The position numbers and the translations under genes were made by a program. The notes beneath the pieces are model-generated. The model ran no database searches and was not told where the DNA came from. It saw only the letters and a list, made by a program, of their open reading frames with translations. From Sulfolobales archaeon HS-7 (GTDB taxonomy: Archaea; Thermoproteota; Thermoprotei_A; Sulfolobales; Sulfolobaceae), in NCBI GenBank assembly GCA_019704295.1, contig AP024596.1, positions 1,696,001 to 1,760,000 on the forward strand: a stretch of DNA of 64,000 nt, read 5' to 3'. Shown here one piece after another: positions 10,238 through 19,454 of the stretch (its first letter is position 1; each line of letters opens with the position of its first letter).

Positions 10238-10664
10238 ACGCGTTTCCCGCTGTGGTGTATATAGTAACGTTATAGTTGTTCGTGGGTACCACTAAAGGTA
10301 TTACTATCAAATACTCTTTGCCTGAAATGAGATTCCCGTAAGGTTCGAAATAGAGGAGAGGTTTTCCACATGAGACGTTCTCTACCAGGTAAACCGAGGC
10401 CTGTACAGGTGTGAAATAACTTCCATAAGTTGCGTAAGCTATAACTAAGTTCCCAGGACCATAATTCATAACATATACACATATGTCAGAGGAATTGTAA
10501 TCGGCGTAAAGGACAGATAAGAGCTGAACATCTGGAGTTTGAGAAGATGTGGGGACTGAATTGAAGAAGAATCTTCCGTCTATTGATAGAAAAGCCCCCA
10601 GCAATATCAGGGTGATCACAAGAGACAGGAGGGCTGCAACAACGTCCGACAAACCCCTGTTCAT
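10212..10664 (-). CDS. Prepilin-like protein 3
   Basis: MNRG|LSDVVAALLSLVITLILLGAF class III signal; beta-rich domain ending IYTTAGNAY. Confidence 0.87.
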   Translation of the reverse strand: MNRGLSDVVAALLSLVITLILLGAFLSIDGRFFFNSVPTSSQTPDVQLLSVLYADYNSSDICVYVMNYGPGNLVIAYATYGSYFTPVQASVYLVENVSCGKPLLYFEPYGNLISGKEYLIVIPLVVPTNNYNVTIYTTAGNAYEVVPYSV

Positions 10665-11191
10665 GCTCCCACCTCAGACGCCGACGATTGTATAACAATT
10701 GACGTCGAGCCTAACGTACCAAATACCTTCACTATAGTTACGTTTCCAATAAGGAAAAATGGCAAAGAAACACCATTCAGCTGCTGATTTACAGAACAGA
10801 AAGTGTAAAGGAGCTGATGCTTACCAGGCGGGACGGGATATGGCAAATTCACTTCATAATTCTTTAAGAGGGAATAGTTACTAAATGTTGTATAATATGG
10901 ACCTTTAGGCTGTATACTCCAATACCCTGAACCGGTTGGATTAGAGATCGTGATCTGATTTACTACAAAAGAATAATACCCATCGTTTTCTACACATAAT
11001 TCAACCAAAGCTAAATTACCTCCGTTCACAAGAATTACTTTCGATGTAACTGTAACTTGAGGGGTAGATTCTAGGTTGTTTATCCAACCCACCCCTATGT
11101 TATAAAGAACAGTCCAGGCTAAAAAAACAATTAAGATTAGGAGGAGAGAACCTACAATATTCGATAATCCTCTCCCCCTTTTTACTACCAG
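10661..11191 (-). CDS. Prepilin-like protein 2 (extended upstream to a CTG start)
   Basis: ORF-track start at 11092 misses an in-frame class III signal KRGRG|LSNIVGSLLLILIVFLAWTVLY. The only near-cognate start before it is CTG at 11191, 6 nt after AAGGGGGG. Confidence 0.78.
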   Translation of the reverse strand: MVVKRGRGLSNIVGSLLLILIVFLAWTVLYNIGVGWINNLESTPQVTVTSKVILVNGGNLALVELCVENDGYYSFVVNQITISNPTGSGYWSIQPKGPYYTTFSNYSLLKNYEVNLPYPVPPGKHQLLYTFCSVNQQLNGVSLPFFLIGNVTIVKVFGTLGSTSIVIQSSASEVGA

Positions 11192-11203
11192 AGAGGTCCC
11201 CCC

Positions 11204-11767
11204 TTAGTCCTGTACGACTACGCTGTACTGGTTTATTATTGATTGGCTAGTGACGTTATCCTGCCCTATTACTACGAACACAACAGTTTGCCCTACCGTC
11301 AGGGAGATTCCTGAAGACGATGGCATTAGCCCTTGAAACGTCACTGATTGTCCTGGTTCTACTAGTAAAGCGCCATCACTTAAGACCTCATATTCTCCGC
11401 CGGCTGGAGTTATGTAATTAGTTGTACTTCCTCCTCCATTTCCACCAGACGCAGATGCTTTCCATAAAGCGCTTTGTACACCATTAGCGCCAAGTGCTAT
11501 TTCGCTTATGGCCAATGGGTCATTCCCGCTATCCGTAACAGTGACTGCAATAGATGCTCCATTTGCCTTATAATTACCTCCCGCTATTATTACAGAGGCG
11601 TCAGACACTGAAACTGAGGCATCATGACTATTAGATGCAAATAGTCCGAATACGAAGTGACCTATCAGTAGCGCCGCTACAATAGTTAACACTATTAATA
11701 ATAACGAACCTACTATGTTGGATAGACCTCTTTTTACCTTTTTCCTAGAGTTTCGGGTTACATACAT
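11204..11767 (-). CDS. Prepilin 1 (probable major pilin)
   Basis: RKKVKRG|LSNIVGSLLLIVLTIVAALLIGHFVFGLF; Ser/Gly/Thr-rich Ig-like domain; first gene of the operon. Confidence 0.9.
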   Translation of the reverse strand: MYVTRNSRKKVKRGLSNIVGSLLLIVLTIVAALLIGHFVFGLFASNSHDASVSVSDASVIIAGGNYKANGASIAVTVTDSGNDPLAISEIALGANGVQSALWKASASGGNGGGSTTNYITPAGGEYEVLSDGALLVEPGQSVTFQGLMPSSSGISLTVGQTVVFVVIGQDNVTSQSIINQYSVVVQD

Positions 11768-11796
11768 GTTTCTTCTGAAATAATCGTCCTGCTTCC

Positions 11797-11873
11797 TTTA
11801 TAAAAAGAACACTCCTGAACGAAAATAAAACTTAGAGCGGTCTTAGTTTCACATTGGTTCCACTCAGGTTCCA
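11797..11873 (-). promoter_or_regulatory. Pilin operon promoter: TATA box plus three 11-bp-phased direct repeats
   Basis: TTTTTATAAA on the - strand (11797-11806), about 30 nt upstream of the pilin ATG. AGTTTCA/GGTTCCA/GGTTCCA at 11845, 11856 and 11867. Confidence 0.5.
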
Positions 11874-12436
11874 TTTTTCCTTGCGGCTTAATTATCTTCA
11901 GATTATTAATGAAGAACTTACTCGCTACCTGTCAAAATTAATTCTCAGCATTTTCCTGAATTTCATTTGAATATCAAAGTTGTTAGTATAACGTAACTAG
12001 GATTTAAAACTCAATAATTGTTCCCTTGGGTGTTAATAAACCTCCTGAAACGCTGGAAAACTTGGATCATAACGATATTATTAGACTCCTACATGACAAA
12101 TTCCTCGCATATCAATTACTAGACTACGGTAAGTTTTAACGGATACATTATTTCTAAGAGAAGATATTAACTCCGGATATTAACGTTTTAAGATTTGATT
12201 AACCTCTGTTACATAAACTTTTGAGCAATACTAATAATTAAAAAAGACCTTAATAAAAAAGGTCTAGTCCCGACCGAAAACAATGTTGTGTTAAGTAATA
12301 TAGAAATTTTTCACTTCATTTTCTATATACTGATAAATGCTCACTAAAATATTACACTATTCTATATTATTCTGTTTTTTACTATCAAGAAATAACTAGT
12401 GAAAAGCTTATAACAGACAAATAATGAAATTATGTT

Positions 12437-12922
12437 ATGGAATATACGGGGCAAATAGACGTAACAACCCTTTTAGGAGACACAAATTTGATAAAATTCG
12501 TCCAGAACACGCATGATCTAATAAATCCCAATATTATACTCATGAAAGGGGGAGAGCATTTCGTAGTTCTCTTCATAGCTCCAAAGGTTAATATAATGAT
12601 GTCGAGTTTGATTACCGCGTTTCTTCTGATTCTCGAATACCTGATAATAACTAAAATGGATTTCTTCAGAAATCGTTTTTTCAAATCTAAGAAATTAAAT
12701 ATACATCTTAACGATAGAGACCTTATAATATTACGAGTGTTATTAGATGGGACCGACCGTTTTTCCGAAATTGTTATGAGAACTGGATTGCCCAAATCAA
12801 CAGTTTATAGGAGGCTACTAAGACTTATAGACCAAGGAGTAGTAGAGGAACAAAACGATATTTCTGGGAAGAAGTATAAAGTTAAAGATGAAAAAATTAG
12901 AAAATTAGTAAAGGGGTATTGA
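12437..12922 (+). CDS. Membrane-anchored protein with C-terminal winged-helix HTH (possibly N-terminally truncated)
   Basis: Hydrophobic segment MMSSLITAFLLILEYLII, basic linker, then LNDRDLIIL...FSEIVMRTGLPKSTVYRRLLRLIDQGVVE wHTH. Confidence 0.78.
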   Translation: MEYTGQIDVTTLLGDTNLIKFVQNTHDLINPNIILMKGGEHFVVLFIAPKVNIMMSSLITAFLLILEYLIITKMDFFRNRFFKSKKLNIHLNDRDLIILRVLLDGTDRFSEIVMRTGLPKSTVYRRLLRLIDQGVVEEQNDISGKKYKVKDEKIRKLVKGY

Positions 12923-13647
12923 ATTTTCATTTTGTAGGTAAATTACCCCTTGCCCCTACCAGAAAATCAAAAGTAGTTTATCTATTTCGAATGTGATGTC
13001 AGAGGTAAAAACAATTTTTTATTGTAAAATAAACACATTTCTAAAGCTTAACTGTGGATTCTCGTACCTAATATGATTGTAAAAGAGATAATGAGAAAAA
13101 ATCACAGAGGTAGATCTTCGATCTCTAGTTAGTTCTTGATATTACGAAATTCAACGGAGAAATGGCAGGAGATGCGTGTAGAACACTCATTTTCAATCGA
13201 TTAGGAGATCCGTAAAGACAATAAGTAAACCAATGGCAGTTTATGTGAGGAACTAAGCAGGGAATGATCAGAAGATGACGAGGAGACTCAACGTGAAGGG
13301 AGATCTCGGCTAGAATATAAGCATGGAGTTAACACGTCGATAAAGGGAAATAGACCGTTACTGTGGTAGCAGATTGTGAGAGGTATAAAGGGATTCTTCC
13401 CGCAAAGACATATTAAAGCCTGGATTAGGTCTAAATATACCAGGAATCTCTGAGGCCGAGATTATTAACGAGATCCCAGCAAGTTCGATACGCGTCATGA
13501 CTACCTTCAGAACTTGTAAAACTTCGTCCTCTAACCACTCTCTTAGTCATACTACAGGTGAGGCTTTGACGCAGGGATAGAGGATAGCCTAGCTAACTTC
13601 AATTTAGACAACCGCAAAAATATATTGTTCAACCAAGATATTAGCGT

Positions 13648-14088
13648 ATGTTAAGGGAATCGTCAGACGTTTTACTCGATTTGTGTTCAATGATTGTAAA
13701 ATGGTTCGGAAATGAAGTAAAGGGAATTGTGGTGAATTTAAAAAGTAGCAAAATAGTCGTCTTAATTGTTCTGGATGGTATAGATAGGATCTCTTTAGTT
13801 GCGCGAGGGGAAATATCCTCTTTCTTTTTAAAGAAAATAATGAGAAGTGAAAATTTTATTAAGTTCGTCTCAAAAACGGGACATGAACCGGATTTAACCC
13901 TTCTCTTCCTTACTGAGGAGGAACTGAGTTTTCATATACCCGGTATTGTTGAAATCTTAAGAGGGAGTTACGTTTTATTCGGAACGGACAAAATAAAAAA
14001 GGAGGTGAAATTTTCAAACGAGTTACCTTCATCAGGCAGGGCAGTTTTCTTCGGCAAGTTAAAAAAAGGGGAGGTAATTGACATTTGA
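13648..14088 (+). CDS. Degenerate minimal nucleotidyltransferase (MNT)-like protein
   Basis: Size, VLIVLD strand, LTEEE, and K-x-GEVIDI end resemble archaeal MNTs; no GS or DxD motif; overlaps a HEPN-like gene. Confidence 0.55.
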   Translation: MLRESSDVLLDLCSMIVKWFGNEVKGIVVNLKSSKIVVLIVLDGIDRISLVARGEISSFFLKKIMRSENFIKFVSKTGHEPDLTLLFLTEEELSFHIPGIVEILRGSYVLFGTDKIKKEVKFSNELPSSGRAVFFGKLKKGEVIDI

Positions 14089-14501
14089 ATAACAGCTCCA
14101 CTGCTTCTGAATTCATTCTCCGCTCAGTTCGTCTTATGAAATGCGCTGAAAGCGCGTATGAAGAGGGCGACATCTCTGCATCTGTGATCCTGCTATATTC
14201 CGCAGCTTCTTACGGTATTAGAGCAATACTTATTTTACATGGTATATACACAAGGGAAGAGCCGATGAGCTATTTGAACTTAATCCCGTGGGACACAATT
14301 TTAGATGAAAGGGAAATGATCGAAATACTCTCCACAATAATAGAGATTAAACAAAAGGGAGAAATTGCAACGGTTATTGAGGAATCCTCGCTAAAATATC
14401 CCAGTTTATTAATAAGGAATGTAGAAGCTAAGGATTTAATGGAAAAGGGGGAGAAATTGATACAAACCTTACAGAGGTACTTCGATGAGTTTCATAATTG
14501 A
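14085..14501 (+). CDS. HEPN-domain protein (degenerate)
   Basis: A-x-x-A-Y-EEGD...A...IRAILILHGIY helical pattern and EAKDLMEKGEKLI end. Confidence 0.7.
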   Translation: MNNSSTASEFILRSVRLMKCAESAYEEGDISASVILLYSAASYGIRAILILHGIYTREEPMSYLNLIPWDTILDEREMIEILSTIIEIKQKGEIATVIEESSLKYPSLLIRNVEAKDLMEKGEKLIQTLQRYFDEFHN

Positions 14502-14685
14502 CCTTGACGAGAGCGCTTGTAATAGTTCCGTAAAGGACATCGTTTCATACGCTGAAGTTTTCCAGGACATAACCTTCTCCACATCTAATCAAGAACTTCT
14601 CCTCGCATTAGAGAAGAAGTTCGAATTGAAAATAGTGAGAAGAGAGGGGGAGAAAATATATTTCAAGATAGTTTATCTTGGTTAG
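14485..14685 (+). CDS. Small hypothetical protein, possibly TusA/SirA-like fold
   Basis: 66 aa; IIDL...C near the N-terminus and EGEKIYFKI end; overlaps both neighbours. Confidence 0.5.
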   Translation: MSFIIDLDESACNSSVKDIVSYAEVFQDITFSTSNQELLLALEKKFELKIVRREGEKIYFKIVYLG

Positions 14686-14711
14686 CATATTACCAACAAC
14701 TAAGGGAGTAC

Positions 14712-15290
14712 TTGCGATATTCGGAAGTTGACGATTATCGTTCAGCGACTTTACTAAACCTGATCATCGTTAAGGACTATGAGGAATTGTTACCCCCAAT
14801 AATTAAGGGAAAGATCGTGGCTATTGTGGGCGCAGGACCGTCTCTGTCTAAAGTAAAGGAGATCGATGCGGAAGTCGTTATATCGGCCGATGGAGCTACT
14901 AACTACCTAGTTGAAATTGGAATAACGCCGGATATAGTAGTAACTGACCTCGACGGTATTTCCACCTATCCTCCTTCTATTTACGTAGTTCATGCGCATG
15001 GTGATAACTACTCCCTTTTGTGGAAAGTTAAGCACATGAGAAAAGTGATAGGAACATGTCAGGTCAGACCTTTCGGAAAGCTTCACCTTTATGGGGGATT
15101 TACAGATGGGGATAGAGCTTACGTTATCGCAAGGAAATTTGGTGCGAATTCAATAAAGTTCTTCGGATGGGATCTTGAGTCAGACTTGACCGGAAAATAC
15201 TCTAAGCCCTACTTGCTATCGGATACTCTAAACACAAAGCAAAAAAGCATTAAGCTAAGAGTTGCTTCTACTATTCTTAGCGTTTTTTAA
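14712..15290 (+). CDS. mptE: 6-hydroxymethyl-7,8-dihydropterin pyrophosphokinase (MptE/DUF115-like)
   Basis: [29 protein letters not shown] and GGFTDGDRA motifs. True N-terminus probably lies upstream. Confidence 0.87.
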   Translation: MRYSEVDDYRSATLLNLIIVKDYEELLPPIIKGKIVAIVGAGPSLSKVKEIDAEVVISADGATNYLVEIGITPDIVVTDLDGISTYPPSIYVVHAHGDNYSLLWKVKHMRKVIGTCQVRPFGKLHLYGGFTDGDRAYVIARKFGANSIKFFGWDLESDLTGKYSKPYLLSDTLNTKQKSIKLRVASTILSVF

Positions 15291-17054
15291 CCTTTTCTTT
15301 ATGGAGGGCTTTATCTTATTTATTGCCTCGATCAAATCCTCCTGGGTCAGATTTCTGGAGGAATTCCCCTTTATTCTCTCCTTTAAGACCTTTATCTTAG
15401 CCTCTCTTGTAATAGCGGCAATATCTGCCCCAGAATATCCCTCAGTCATCTCCGCAAGTGTCCTACAGTCCACAGACTTACAAACGTCGATACCTAGGTA
15501 CTTACTAAAGATATCATCTCTCTCAAACGAATTAGGCAGGGGCATATGTATGATCTTATCAAATCTTCCGGGTCTGAGTAAAGCCGTGTCCACCATCCGT
15601 ATTCTGTTCGTAGTGGCTACTACTACTACGTCCGTTAGAGACCTTATACCGTCCATTTCAGTTAGGATCTGATTAACTATTTTAGAGGCGCTGCTCTCTT
15701 TATTTCGTCTAGAAGCTATAGCGTCTATCTCATCAAGTAATACGATAGACGGCTTGTTCTCTCTTGCCCTGTTAAACACTTCCTTTATTACCGAAATAGC
15801 GCCTTCGTATCCCTTATACATAACCTCCGCACCGCTCAGCGGAATTAACTTTACGTTAAGAGTCCTCGCCAGAGCTTTAGCCATCATGGTTTTTCCCACG
15901 CCAGGTGGACCGTAAAGCAGTATTCCCCTAACGGGTGAGATCTTCATCTCTTCCATCATTTTGGAGTATTTGAGCTGCATTTCAAGTATCTCAAGAAGTT
16001 CCTCCTTTACCTGCTGATAACCTCCAATATCGTCTATAGTTATTTCGCTCTTATCCTCCATCTGTTCTTGCTTTCCTCTCCTTTCGTAGTCTAATCTGAA
16101 CTTCTCGTAATCTTCTACCATGGAAAGCGAAATACTGGGCTTATAGTTCTTTATAATACTCTGGAAATCGCTCATTGTAATTTTTCTCTCCACCCCCTTT
16201 TCGAGGCTTTCGGATGCCACTTTCCTGGCAACCTCCTGACATATATTAGCTAGGTCTGCACCACTGTACCTTTCCGTGATTTCCGCCAACGTATCAAAGC
16301 TTACGTCTTCCGCCAATGGCATACCGCTACAGTGAACCTTAAGTATATCCCTCCTAGCCGATTTAGAAGGGGGACCGAGATATATGAGCTTGTCGAACCT
16401 TCCAGCTCTTAAAAGCGCCTTATCAAGGAGTTGTGGTACGTTTGTAGAGCCTACTATTATGACTCCCTCCTCGCTCTCCATACCATCTATTTCTGACAAC
16501 ATTAACGAAAGAAGTCTAGGCGTTACGGAATCTCCGGTATGGTTCTCCCTTTTAGTCCCTATTGTATCGATTTCATCAAAGAAAAGTATACAAGGCGCAT
16601 TCTTTCTGGCAGTGGAGAATAATTCCCTTAACCTTGACTCGCTCTCGCCATACCATTTACTCATTATTTCGCTAACGTTAACGTAAACGAAGTTCAGCTT
16701 TGCACTGTTTGCCATCGCTCTCATCATTAAGGTTTTACCGCATCCTGGAGGGCCGAAGAGTAATATACCCTTTGGGAGCCTTAAACTGTATTTTTTCGCC
16801 ACGTCTTTATACTTAAGCGGTATCTCTATGTATTCCTTTATCTCCTTTTTTACATCGTCGTAACCCCCAATTAGATCCCATGTTATATTTTCGCTTTTGC
16901 TTTGAATCATGGGCTTCTGTACTTTTTTCTGTACGTTTTGGGGTTTGGGATTCATGAAAGCTCGCTTTGACCAACTCTTAGTTATTACGTAAAACAGCAC
17001 TGAGAACACTAATGCTGAAACCGCCAACTCAATTGCTAATGATAACGAACCCAA
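15255..17054 (-). CDS. Membrane-anchored double-AAA ATPase (CDC48-like)
   Basis: N-terminal TM helix and two AAA modules ([28 protein letters not shown]; SRH ALLRxGRFD). Confidence 0.92.
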   Translation of the reverse strand: MGSLSLAIELAVSALVFSVLFYVITKSWSKRAFMNPKPQNVQKKVQKPMIQSKSENITWDLIGGYDDVKKEIKEYIEIPLKYKDVAKKYSLRLPKGILLFGPPGCGKTLMMRAMANSAKLNFVYVNVSEIMSKWYGESESRLRELFSTARKNAPCILFFDEIDTIGTKRENHTGDSVTPRLLSLMLSEIDGMESEEGVIIVGSTNVPQLLDKALLRAGRFDKLIYLGPPSKSARRDILKVHCSGMPLAEDVSFDTLAEITERYSGADLANICQEVARKVASESLEKGVERKITMSDFQSIIKNYKPSISLSMVEDYEKFRLDYERRGKQEQMEDKSEITIDDIGGYQQVKEELLEILEMQLKYSKMMEEMKISPVRGILLYGPPGVGKTMMAKALARTLNVKLIPLSGAEVMYKGYEGAISVIKEVFNRARENKPSIVLLDEIDAIASRRNKESSASKIVNQILTEMDGIRSLTDVVVVATTNRIRMVDTALLRPGRFDKIIHMPLPNSFERDDIFSKYLGIDVCKSVDCRTLAEMTEGYSGADIAAITREAKIKVLKERIKGNSSRNLTQEDLIEAINKIKPSIKKRLKNAKNSRSNS

Positions 17055-17302
17055 CTTACTCTAACATAATATTAAGCATAAGGGTTTAAATATGATATTC
17101 AAGCTTTTCTACGTAATTGTACATGGTTATAGCCTGTATCGCAAACCAGTAAGGATCTTGGAGGTTGTGATATTTCCTAAAAGAGTAACCATATTGATTA
17201 CTCATTCGTCACGCTTTGACAGTTTTTATATCACGAGTCACGCTGCAAAAACTCTCATCATTTCATAGAAAACTTTCTAAGATAAGGGAGTATTATTTGA
17301 TT

Positions 17303-17362
17303 GAGATGATGTGTTAATGGTGACGGAACTGAGACATGATGTGTCGTTGCCGGGCTGAAATC
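17303..17362 (+). ncRNA. Box C/D guide sRNA
   Basis: ATGATGT (17306) - guide - CTGA (17329) - ATGATGT (17336) - 12-nt guide - CTGA (17355), in an intergenic region. Confidence 0.78.
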
Positions 17363-17839
17363 GTCCTTCTAAGTTCTCGAAGAATAGATTTTATCCTATA
17401 AGTTATCCTCATGAGTTCTAGAGTAAAATCTGGCTAAATCGCCAAAGATCCCACTGATCGTTATATCGAGAAGAGGTAAGGGCCTTCACCTAGGGTATTC
17501 ATAATACTCAATACTTTAGAGCGTGAGTATGAATGAATTCTTCAATGGTGTCCCTTAGACACGATAATATTAAAGGACACAAAGGAAGATATTTTGATCT
17601 TCGGAATCCGTATAAACAAGGACAACTATTTCCAATCTCATACTCAAGTATACCACTCATGATCAGGGGTTAAAATGAAAATACGACCTTACTCAAGCGT
17701 CATACCCATTCAGAAAATAATAGCGTGAGAATTATACTTACTACCTTGAACGATTCAATAATCATGTGATAGAAACTGAAAGCTTAATCTCAAAGTTTTC
17801 AACCATTAACCTTTTACATCCGTTTTTCCTACTAATAAC

Positions 17840-18928
17840 ATGGATTTAGAACCCTCCTATAACGGTAGAAGTTTACTCAATTTGGGTTGCACTCTTGCCC
17901 ATCATCTTTCTGTTGAACTTCAATGTGAGGAACTGCCAATTAACTTGAAAAGAAAAGTAATTCTTTTTCTTATAGACGGATTGGGTATTTCGCAGCTTAA
18001 AGCGGCATCGGCAATAAATGAAAAAGTCCAGACCATAACTTCCGTGTTTCCCTCTACCACAGCAACGGCGCTAACCACACTTTTTACTGCTCAGATGGTC
18101 GGAGACCATAAAGTCCTCGGATATAACGTTTACGTAAAGGAATTAGGGGGAGTAGTAAATACGTTGAAATACACTCACGTCTTGACGAGGGGACATGACG
18201 CCTTTAGACACTTGAGGGATTTCGCATCCCTGTTTAACGTAAAGAGTTTCTTGAAAGTAGCTGAAAAGTCGGGGAAAAAGATAGGTGTAGTAACTCCTGT
18301 CGAGATAGCCGATACTGCTTTTTCTAACGCGATATACGGGGAGCCTGAATATCATAAGTATTCCACGCTATGGGACGCTTTATATAACGTAAGGAAAGGT
18401 ATTGATGCCGATCTTCTGGTTGTTTATATACCATATGTCGATAAGATGTCACACCAATACGGTCCTTACTCCGAACCGGCACTTGCTGCATTAAGGGAGG
18501 TGTTTTTCAACGTCTATCAATTGGCTTCTAGGCTCTCTGACCGAGATGTCATAATAACAGCAGATCACGGTCACGTAGATACCAGTAAAACTATTTTCCT
18601 TGATTTAGATACGGAGCTCTTGTCACGACTCGACATGCCTCCATATGGTGATCCGCGCGCAGTGATGTTCTCTACAAGATATGAATTAACTCCTTACCTA
18701 TACGAAAAATATCCTTATTTAAAACTGATGAGCGATGATGAACTCATCTCATCAGGTCTTATGAAACCTGCAAAGGGTTGGATGCCAGATTACATAGGTA
18801 TTCCTAGTGATAGTTCTGCGTACATTTACAGATATAAGGGGGATGCGGATAAAGTAACACTAATAGGCAATCACGGCGGATTATCGAAAGAGGAGATGGA
18901 AATTCCATTGGTGGTAATAAATGGTTGA
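17840..18928 (+). CDS. Alkaline phosphatase-superfamily nucleotide pyrophosphatase/phosphodiesterase
   Basis: IDGLG, SVFPSTTA, DKMSH, ITADHGH and GNHGGLS motifs. Confidence 0.88.
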   Translation: MDLEPSYNGRSLLNLGCTLAHHLSVELQCEELPINLKRKVILFLIDGLGISQLKAASAINEKVQTITSVFPSTTATALTTLFTAQMVGDHKVLGYNVYVKELGGVVNTLKYTHVLTRGHDAFRHLRDFASLFNVKSFLKVAEKSGKKIGVVTPVEIADTAFSNAIYGEPEYHKYSTLWDALYNVRKGIDADLLVVYIPYVDKMSHQYGPYSEPALAALREVFFNVYQLASRLSDRDVIITADHGHVDTSKTIFLDLDTELLSRLDMPPYGDPRAVMFSTRYELTPYLYEKYPYLKLMSDDELISSGLMKPAKGWMPDYIGIPSDSSAYIYRYKGDADKVTLIGNHGGLSKEEMEIPLVVING

Positions 18929-19454
18929 ATATTACGTCCCAGAATGGGAAAAGATAGAAGAAGATATAATGAATGCGGCAAAGAAGATGGTAGATGACGG
19001 TTACCTTCCCACAATGGCAATAGCGATATCGACCGGAGGCCTTATCCCCGCGAAAATTTTAGCCGATATAATAGGTATAGAGAAGTTGAAGTTTGTTGAA
19101 GTGAAATTATACAGAGGAATATCTCAAAAGGAAAACAAGCCTACTGTTCACGCTATTTACATCGATAACGTGGAAAAGGAGAAGATAATCGTTGTGGATG
19201 ACGTTTCCGATAGTGGTGAGACGCTGGAGACCACAATCAATGCGATAAGCATGTTCAGACCTACAAAATTAAAGAGTATGACTGTGTATGTCAAGCCGTG
19301 GACTAAGCTCATGCCGGATTATTACGCTGGAATAATAGACAAGTGGATAATTTTCCCCTGGGATAAATGGGAATTTTTAAGAGAAAAACATGACATTCCT
19401 ATAAATTACGAGTTAAGACGTAGATATGAAGAATTACTAAGATCTAAAAAATAA
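18921..19454 (+). CDS. Purine phosphoribosyltransferase (type I PRT)
   Basis: GGLIPA, PRPP loop VVDDVSDSGETL and WIIFPWD. Confidence 0.88.
   Translation: MVEYYVPEWEKIEEDIMNAAKKMVDDGYLPTMAIAISTGGLIPAKILADIIGIEKLKFVEVKLYRGISQKENKPTVHAIYIDNVEKEKIIVVDDVSDSGETLETTINAISMFRPTKLKSMTVYVKPWTKLMPDYYAGIIDKWIIFPWDKWEFLREKHDIPINYELRRRYEELLRSKK

Noticed and set aside
6035-11767. Calling the four-pilin operon an archaellum or Ups locus
   Set aside because: No ArlH (KaiC-like) or ArlX gene, no UpsX, and gene order differs from both.
12923-13647. Purine-rich spacer that may be a decayed transposase
   Set aside because: Only short broken frames; I could not assign a family without a translated search.
17400-17800. 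Possible pseudogene fragments upstream of the phosphodiesterase
   Set aside because: Interrupted frames without a recognisable motif.
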